From Eledone cirrhosa (Eukaryota), in contig OZ024740.1 in NCBI GenBank assembly GCA_964016885.1, forward strand, positions 177,382,001-177,446,000: a stretch of DNA of 64,000 nt. Reading direction: 5' to 3'. Shown here piece after piece: positions 54,370 through 64,000 of the stretch. Made by a program: the position numbers and the translations under genes. Position 1 is the first letter of the stretch. Each line of letters opens with the position of its first letter. Under the pieces are notes generated by a model. The model saw only the letters and a program-made list of their open reading frames with translations. It was not told where the DNA came from and did not search any database.

Positions 54370-54915
54370 ATTCCGGGTTGAATCGGAGGTAACCACAGTA
54401 AGTAAGGTACTCAATACATAGCAGAGTATAAAAGTTTAATATAGATGAGATTCTACAGGACTAGAACTGTTTCATTCTTTAGAAATCATCAGTAATCTGG
54501 GTATCCAAAAATAAAAGTGGCATATATAGGTCTTTTCAGGTGGAAGGAGAGGGTGGGGAGTGGGATGGGAAGAGGTCATTGGTTGATAGAAAAGGGAATT
54601 CATTAAAAGCTAATTCTTTAAAGCTATAATTTATATTTAGAGTGACAAAGGCAGAAAGAATTCTATAAAGAAGTTCAAATTGGGGTGCCACTCCTTATTT
54701 TTAAGTTTCTCTTAAGCAAACAATGCCTATATTTCAGGTGTCTATAAGATCGTAGGAGGTCGGTCATGGTTGAAGAATTTAAAGAAAAGGGAAATTCTTT
54801 AAAAGCTAATTCTTTAAAGTTCTACTTAGAGTGACAAAGGCCAAAATAATTTTATAGACCAGTTTAAAATATTGGGTGCCTATCATATCATTATCTTCAA
54901 ATTTCTCTTAAGCTA
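54370..54915 (-). mobile_element. PLE 3' UTR/pseudo-LTR with tail
   Basis: 54435-54753 has an inverted copy at 57761-58079; tail shared with 20690-20810. Confidence 0.85.
54448..54498 (-). ncRNA. Type-I hammerhead ribozyme
   Basis: agatta-CTGATGA-t-ttc-taaa-gaa-t-GAAA-cag-ttctagtc-ctg-TA|gaatct. Confidence 0.8.
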
Positions 54916-55075
54916 TATTCCATGTGTCAACAGACACATTCACAACCCCCCCCCCAACTCACCCACACATACACACACGTATATACATATATATATATAT
55001 ATATATATAAATGAAGTAATTCCGTCGGAAAAGTCCAGGAAAAAAGAGTGCTCTATGTAAGCAACAGAGCTTAAT

Positions 55076-56366
<1,291 letters not shown>

Positions 56367-56371
<5 letters not shown>

Positions 56372-56560
56372 AACCAGTAAGACCCCGACAGCTGAGCTCA
56401 AGCCGTTTCGACGGCTAATTCTGGACTCAGAATTAGCCGTCGAAACGGCTTGAGCTCAGCTGTCGGGGTCTTACTGGTTCCTATTACCCACTCTACTACC
56501 TCAAGTATTGAGTACTTTGGTGCGTTATGGTCCACCCGGTTCCTTACCACATTTCCTTCG

Positions 56561-56562
<2 letters not shown>
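56367..56562. mobile_element. Family-A fold-back mini-element: 57-bp arms, 4-nt loop, ~80-nt tail on the right only
   Basis: 56367-56423 is the reverse complement of 56428-56484; each arm holds an HHR 3' half; (TA)n on both sides. Confidence 0.92.
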
Positions 56563-56603
<41 letters not shown>

Positions 56604-56605
56604 CA

Positions 56606-56637
<32 letters not shown>

Positions 56638-56949
56638 CACACATATATACACACATATATACACATATATACACATATACACACACACACAAATACACAA
56701 ACACACACATATACACATATACACACATACACACATATATACACACATATACATATATATACATATATATATATATATGTATACAAACGGCCACTCATAC
56801 AAATACATACAAATAAGTGCTCATAATATACGCATATACACAGGCACATAAAAACAGCTCTACAAGCAGAAAATGCAGATAGGTAAGAGGTACTCACATA
56901 ACCATAGTGGCCGTATTTCAGGTTGAGGAGGGGTGGGGTGGGAAGGAGG

Positions 56950-57755
56950 TAGAGGGGATATTTGAAAGTTGCAAAGTTCTTGTGCATGCAGTTCGGGCAG
57001 TGTTCAGAGAGTTTGTTCAGTAGCGGGCCCTTGGCGAATAAAATTTCGTAGCTCTCTGAGATACAAAGGTCGCAGCCATTGTGTCCTCTGTTGTAAGAGC
57101 ACGCTTTTTTTAGTATTTTCCATTTAAGCGTGGAGTGGAGTTCCTTTTGAGGTCCCAAACATAGGAGGCAAGTGTTGTCTGGTTTGATTTGTCCGGTCTT
57201 CTGAAGGAGTGGGTATGGGCATACCAACGGGTCTTAAAATTATTGGAAGTCATGCCGATGTAAGTCTTTTTGTTGCAATCATCAATGCCTGAGATGACAT
57301 CGCATTTGTATACGATATCATTTGTCAGGCATTTGTTTTAAAGTGGGCAGGCTTCCTTATTTAGGCAATTACACAAGGCCCCAGTCCGGGGATTGGGTTC
57401 AGAGGTGGTTGGCTTATTTAATTTTTTAGAAATGTGATTGGCTATATTCCTAGCTAGGTTAGGTTTGGTGGAGTAGGAGAGTCTTATTGTGTTCTTATTA
57501 AGGATGGTGTAGCACCTATGTTGTATGGGGAAGTGTGTTTTCAGCAAAGTGAAGATTTTTCTAGCTATAGGTTTAGAGAGACCTCTCTGTTGAAGGGAGG
57601 GTTGTACCAGCTAATCTGCCTATGCCTATTCCTCCTCTGCAGTCTTACGGTGGTTTCTAGGTAGGTTATCTTTTCTTTAAATCCGCTGCGGGCGAGGGTG
57701 TCATTGTAGTAGGAGGTAGAGGCGTTAAAAATATCTTCATTGGCAGAGAGGCCAC
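56950..57755 (-). mobile_element. Penelope-like element thumb plus GIY-YIG fragment, probably Hydra-type
   Basis: RQISWYNPP, ILNKNTIRLSYST, CNCLNKEACPL, YIGMTS, LKWKIL..CDLCISE..LLNKLSE..CMH. Confidence 0.9.
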
Positions 57756-57760
57756 CCCCA

Positions 57761-58199
<439 letters not shown>

Positions 58200-58379
58200 C
58201 ACACACACACAAACAGGCTCCTGTTATTTTATAATAATTAACTCCGTACTCGCACCACCAACTACACAAACGAAGACGAGTGAGTTGCATTACGTTCAGT
58301 GCTTTCCATAATATTACATCGAAGTTGACCATACGGAATGACCAGTTCTATCCAGTGGTAAACCAACAAACATAAATAA

Positions 58380-58426
<47 letters not shown>

Positions 58427-58721
58427 TGTGTGTGTGTGTGTCTCCGTTCACTGTGTCATACCCCTAACGTATTGTTATTACTCTGAGCTATAACACCTCA
58501 TTGAGTGCTTTGTGCCAACCTCAGTAGATTGATTTCAAAAAGTGCTAATCACAGCTGCAACTTGGATTTTACTCACTATTATATATATATATAACGTAGG
58601 AGGTGAGTTTTATTGTAGTGCAATAAAGCAATGCAGATATCGGATAAGAAGCACTCTACAGTTTGTAGGACTGGAGTATACATAATATATAAGATCAAAA
58701 GATGGTTAAAAGAGTTCCATG

Positions 58722-58792
58722 TATTTTATTATGCGCATTTCAAAAACAAATATCATCATGCAATAACATTTGTGTTTTCGTCAGATAAAATA
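58722..58792 (-). ncRNA. Type-I hammerhead ribozyme (left arm)
   Basis: Reverse complement of 58903-58973. Confidence 0.88.
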
Positions 58793-58902
58793 GGAAGACA
58801 TGATATGAAGGTTAAAATACACTTGTGAATAGTGCAGTTTTATATGTTGATTTAAAACTGCACTATTCACAAGTGTATTTTAACCTTCATATCATGTCTT
58901 CC

Positions 58903-58973
58903 TATTTTATCTGACGAAAACACAAATGTTATTGCATGATGATATTTGTTTTTGAAATGCGCATAATAAAATA
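58903..58973 (+). ncRNA. Type-I hammerhead ribozyme (right arm)
   Basis: tattttat-CTGACGA-[~16-bp stem II]-GAAA-tgcgca-TA|ataaaata; 8-bp stem I; palindromic stem III. Confidence 0.9.
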
Positions 58974-59001
58974 CATGGAACTCTTTTAACCATCTTTTGA
59001 T

Positions 59002-59076
<75 letters not shown>

Positions 59077-59270
59077 GAAAACAGGGAGAAAGAGACGATT
59101 ATTAGGAAAAAAAATATGTATCTCCTTTTTTTGTTTCTCTCTCTTTTTTTCTGGGTTAGAAAATGATTAAAACGAAATGTTTTACTTTGTGTGAAGTGGT
59201 AAGGTATTAGTTGATTTACTTATTATTTAACAATGGCATTTATTTATCTATTTATATATTTAATTATTGT

Positions 59271-59312
59271 CTATTACCGGTTTCAGCATTTTTATGCATT
59301 ATCAAATGATAG
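59271..59312 (-). ncRNA. Decayed minimal hammerhead in a PLE 3' UTR
   Basis: ttgataa-t-gcat-aaaa-atgc-t-GAAA-ccgg-TA; core mutated. Confidence 0.5.
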
Positions 59313-59734
59313 TGAAATGTATTAGTGTGGTGTCGCACATGTTAAACAGAAGGTGCAGAAAGAATAATGTTATTTACAAACAAGGTTTATGAAGTGAAAA
59401 GGAAAAAGAAAAAAGAAAAAAACGTGCATAATGTGGAACGTAAAAAGTCAATGTGGAAGAAAAAATAATGTTATTTACAAGCATAGTCATTGAAGTTAAG
59501 CAGATCAAAATGTGTTAGTATAGCAAGAGTGTTTAGTTGATCCATGATTCCGTGATGGAGGCAAATGATGGACTGAGGTTTGATATGATTTCCCTTTTTA
59601 GAGAGTTAATATGCAGGGGGACGCAATTCTTGCTGGGTGATATTTAATTTATTTAAGAAAAAGGATTAGGTAGGGTGTGAGGGAGGTAAATGTTTGATTG
59701 TTTGTTGCAGCTTTAGATTGGTCTGATTGTTAGA

Positions 59735-60045
59735 GCATTAAGTAGGGGTTGGAATTTATTAATGAAATACGTTTCCTTATTGGTACGTTGGATGAAAGTA
59801 GCGTTGTCTATGAATTTGTAAATGGGAAAACATTTTAAAATTTGGATGTTGCTTGTGAGCACAATTGGCGATATGTTCACTAAATGCAATCCTTCTGTAT
59901 TCCTGTATTTTAATTTGTGATTTATGGACGGTCATACGTTGACGGAGGCTGTTTTTTGTCTGTCCTATGTAGTGCTCTTGACAACCTGAGCAGGTCAAAA
60001 CATAGATAAGGTTTTCAGATGCACATGTATTAGATTTATGCATAT
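59735..60045 (-). mobile_element. Penelope-like element C-terminal GIY-YIG endonuclease (a different clade from the Hydra-type copies)
   Basis: TCASENLIYVLTCSGCQEHYIGQTKNSLRQRMTVH..FSEHI..KETYFINKFQPLLN. Confidence 0.88.
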
Positions 60046-60197
60046 ACCACGGTTGGGCCTTCCGCATTTTGTTACTGTAGGATTCATTGTGAGGTTTGTT
60101 GGATTTTGGCTTGTGTGAGGATTTTTTTATGGATTTAGGTTGTCTTTTGATCTTTATGATGTGTGTTTGGAGGATTTTGTTCATTCATATATATATA

Positions 60198-60333
60198 TAA
60201 CGAAGGAAGAGTGGTAAGGAACCAGATGGACCATAACGCACCAGAGTACTCAATACTTAGGGTAGTAGAGTGGGTAATATGAAAATGTTTAACCCCGACG
60301 GCAGAGCTCATGCCGTTTCGACGGCTATTTCTG
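60198..60333 (-). mobile_element. Family-A HHR 3' half plus ~95-nt tail ending at (TA)n
   Basis: Matches 24321-24455 and 56428-56562. Confidence 0.85.
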
Positions 60334-60830
60334 CACGCATACATATGTGTTATTTCGACGGCTATTTCTGGATGAATACATATTTGTTATTTTCTAAACA
60401 TCTTTTTCTATTCTGTTCCTCTTCTCACTCTCTATCTTCTTGTTTCATCTTTTATTTCTCATTCTATGTTCTGATGAAGGAATACTGTCCTAGACTTGTG
60501 ATTCTTTTCCTACGTAAGCGTTAAACTAATGTATTCCTTCTTTGAACTTTGTTGTTTGCTTTCTTGTTTCCGTTTACCTTTTGCACCTTCGTCCCTGCTT
60601 ACTTGGATTTACACTCTGCAAGTTACAGCCGCCTTAGTCATGGAGTACACTGAAGTATAAACCTACTCGAGACAGAATCGCGGAACAGCACTGCGTTCTT
60701 TTACTGACGAACCGCCCGTAACTATAGTCACACACATTTGTACCATAATTTTACTCTTACTATAGTCGAGCCCTCACACTGGACGCCATGGGTGTGTTTT
60801 AGAACTCATTATTTGAACAGTATCGTATTA

Positions 60831-61240
60831 TTTGGCAGTAGCGTTAGAGTGTCGAACAACAAGCTTTGCGGCATAGAATTACGGTCCTTTATGGTCTGAG
60901 TTCAAATCCCGCCGAGGTTAACTTTGCCTTTCATTCTCACGGGGTCGATAAAATAAAGTACCAGTAATGCACTGGGTAATTGCTGGCCTTGTGCCAAAAG
61001 TAGAAACAATTATTTGAACCTACTAGGGTGGTAGATTGGCAGTATCGTTAGAGCGTCAAACAACATGCTTTGCGGCATAGAGTTACGGTCCTTTATGTTC
61101 TGAGTTCATATCTCGCCGAGGTTAGCTTTGCCTTTCATCATTACCGGGTCGATAAAATGAAGTACCAATATCACCAGTCAATTTAATCGACTTCCCCTCT
61201 CCCAAATTTGTTGGCCTTGTGCCTAAATCAGAAAACATTA
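60831..61240 (+). mobile_element. Two tandem tRNA-derived SINEs
   Basis: 60831-61012 and 61026-61240; attatttgaacctact flanks the second copy. Confidence 0.9.
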
Positions 61241-61556
61241 TTTGAACCTACTCGTACAGAAAAGCAATTCCTTCATCCGTCCTATTAAACTCTCTCCCAT
61301 ACACCCAATAATAAGTGTACATAAAGGGGTAACTTGATTATTTTCAACAGTTAGAATGTGTTCTGCACCTTTGAACGCATACCTGATGAGATGTCTGTAC
61401 TGAGTCGAGACACGAGGATTCTGATCGAACCCTGAGCTGATCGATATGGAAACAATTGTAGTGTGCAATAACGTACATTTATGGTGCATTCGTTCCTGGT
61501 TACTTGTATTTTCACTCAACTCGTTACAGCCGTCTTGGCCTTGCAGTACATATATA

Positions 61557-61660
<104 letters not shown>

Positions 61661-61759
61661 CGTATATGTATATATATATGTATATATGCCTTGTGGAAAG
61701 TTATTGCTTATGGCCTCTCCTACACTACTGTGTCCACAGCAGCACCTTCATGTGGTACC

Positions 61760-64000
61760 CTCTGTTCTCACTGAGCCTGCTGTGTGGTGCGACCGAGTGC
61801 TCGGCGGTATAACCAGGTGGGCAGACTGGGCTCGTTAGCCTTGGTTGGCAGCTAGTCTAGAAGAAGGAACACTCCAAACCCTCGCTCCGCTGCCTTGCGG
61901 ATGCTCTCGGGAGAGGGAAAGGCTATGGGAGTGAACCCAGACAGAAAATCCGGAGTAGAGCCCCGAAAGCGGTAAGGTGCCGAATCTCGACCCCTTTCCG
62001 GCAACACCTGCAGTCAACCAGACTCCAAACGTACTGCATTGCATTCCTTTGGATCACGTCTGGGAGGCCGAGAGGGAGATTCTTACGTCTGGGAAGCCCA
62101 GTATCTCCGTATATACCGCCCAGGCTTACGCCATGGAGAAACCACTCCAGCAACAACACAAGCTGAGATGGCAGTTACGAGTTATAAGTCCGGGTCAAAT
62201 GGCGTAATCCAGGGCGCTACGTCTCTAGCGGTGGGAGGGATCATTGAAGTGCCACTGGTCAGCTACCGCCCACCTTAAGCTGGGCAGCCCCCGGCCAATA
62301 ATAGTGCTGAGCCGCCACAGTCTGCCCGCTTCAATGGGTGCTTGGAGCTAGGACAAAATCTGAGCGCGGACTGAAAACCCTGCACCAGCAAATAAACAAA
62401 AACCGCATACCCAGCCACCAGTCTTGCGACTGGCCACCTGGAATGTCAGGACCATGTGCCCTGGCATCACTGACGACTTGCGACAGATAAATGACAGCAG
62501 AAAAACAGCAGTCATCAACGCCGAATTGAAAAGACTGAACATTGACATAGCGGCGCTGCAAGAGACCAGACTCGCCGCAGACGGCATGCTACGGGAGAGG
62601 GAGTAAACCTTCTGATGGCGGGGAAGACCCGCCGAGGAGGCCCGCCAGCACGGCGTCGGGTTCGCCGTGAGGAACGGCTTACTCCCCATGATAGTCCCTC
62701 CCTCAAATGGCTCGGAACGCGTCCTCTCTCTTAGCCTTTCAACATCATCGGGGAAGGTAAACATAGTTAGCGTTTATGCCCCAACACTCTGCTCTCCTCA
62801 AAAAATAAAAGACCGCTTCTATGAGGAGCTCGACGCCACCATCAACCAGATACCAGGGTCGGAGCCCATCTTCTTGCTGGGCGATTTCAACGCAAGGGTG
62901 GGTCCGACCATAGGGCATGGCCAGATTACCTCGGACGCTTCGGCGTAGGAAAGTTGAATGAAAATGGCCAGAGATTATTGGTGCTTTGCTCTTACCGGAA
63001 GCTCTGCATTTCCAACAAATTCTTTAGGACTAAGCCACAACACCAGGTCTCATGAAGGCAACCAAGGTCTGGACACTGGCACCAGCTAGATATGATCATC
63101 ATCAGGCGAGCCCACCTCGGCAGTGTGCTTCTCAGGCGCAGCTTCCACAGTGCTGACTGTGATACAGACCACTCCCTGGTGTGCAGCAGGGTCCGACTGG
63201 CGCCAAAGAAGATCCACCACACTGGAGGGAAAAGCCCTTCACGCATCAACGCTGCCAGGGCAACCAACCCAGAGCTTCGCTCAGAATTCACCAACTGCAT
63301 GGAGGAGGCCCTTAACGATCATGCAGCCACATCCATCATGGAGGGGTGGCAGCTCATCCGTGACACCACTTGCAGAATAGCCATGTCATCCCTGGGAAAG
63401 AAGGAGCGGAAAAACCAAGACTGGTTTGAAGCTCACCTGCCTGAGATGGAGCCTGTCATTGCCGCCAAGAGAGAAGCACTGGTCAACTATAAGCGCGACC
63501 CATCGGACAAGAACCTGGCTACTTTGAGAACAGCCAGAAGCGACGCCCAAAGGACGGCCAGACGATGCGCCAACACCTACTGGCAGAACCTATGCCAGAA
63601 CATCCAGTCCTGTGCTGACAGTGGTAACGTGCAAGGGATGTACGAGGGGATGAAGAAAGCCTTCGGTTGCGCTCCAAAACTGTTGAAACTCATCACCTCT
63701 TTTCACGACGGTATGCAGGGGACGGTGCAGTTTGACGGATCAACCTCAGCGCCGTTCCCCATCCAGAGTGGAGTGAAACAGGGTTGCGTTCTGGCGCCGA
63801 CGCTCTTCGGAATTTTCTTCTCCCTTGTCCTGTCCTATGCCTTCAGGACGTCCGACGACGGAGTGTTCCTCCACACCATGTCTGACGGCGAGCTGTTCAA
63901 CCTCGCACGCCTCAGGGCCAAGACCAGAGTACGCCAGGTGCTGATCAGGGAGATCCTTTTTGCTGACGATGCCGCCCTAACATCCCTCACCCAGCCAGGT
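61760..64000 (+). mobile_element. RTE LINE 5' part (5'UTR, AP endonuclease, RT) with stops and an internal deletion; runs off window end
   Basis: LATWNVRTM, AALQETRL, VYAPT, LGDFNARVG, DTDHSLV, GVKQGCVLAPTLF, ILFADDAAL. Confidence 0.95.

Larger units (their letters stand above)
58685..59010. repeat. Perfect fold-back, 158-bp arms, 10-nt spacer, followed by (TA)n
   Basis: 58685-58842 is the reverse complement of 58853-59010. Confidence 0.96.

Overview
AT-rich eukaryotic DNA with no recognisable host gene. The dominant tRNA-derived SINE and the microsatellite load suggest a cephalopod, probably an octopus (inference). The window is almost entirely microsatellites and transposon remains. These include Penelope-like elements (PLEs; RT plus C-terminal GIY-YIG), RTE, R4/Dong and CRE-like fragments, a near full-length L1/Tx1 element (37416-42944), a DD37D/maT transposon (47614-48920), Helitron pieces and about 15 SINE copies. 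Most ORFs in the supplied track are microsatellite artefacts. The main unexplained signal is a set of type-I hammerhead ribozyme (HHR) motifs from several unrelated sequence families: about 8 with an intact catalytic core, plus degenerate and half copies. They mostly lie just upstream of (TA)n tracts and often inside long, near-perfect fold-back palindromes, including a zero-spacer 242-bp palindrome and one carrying an intact HHR on each strand. These look like PLE-derived non-coding mini-elements. All folds and alignments were done by eye and TE boundaries are approximate.
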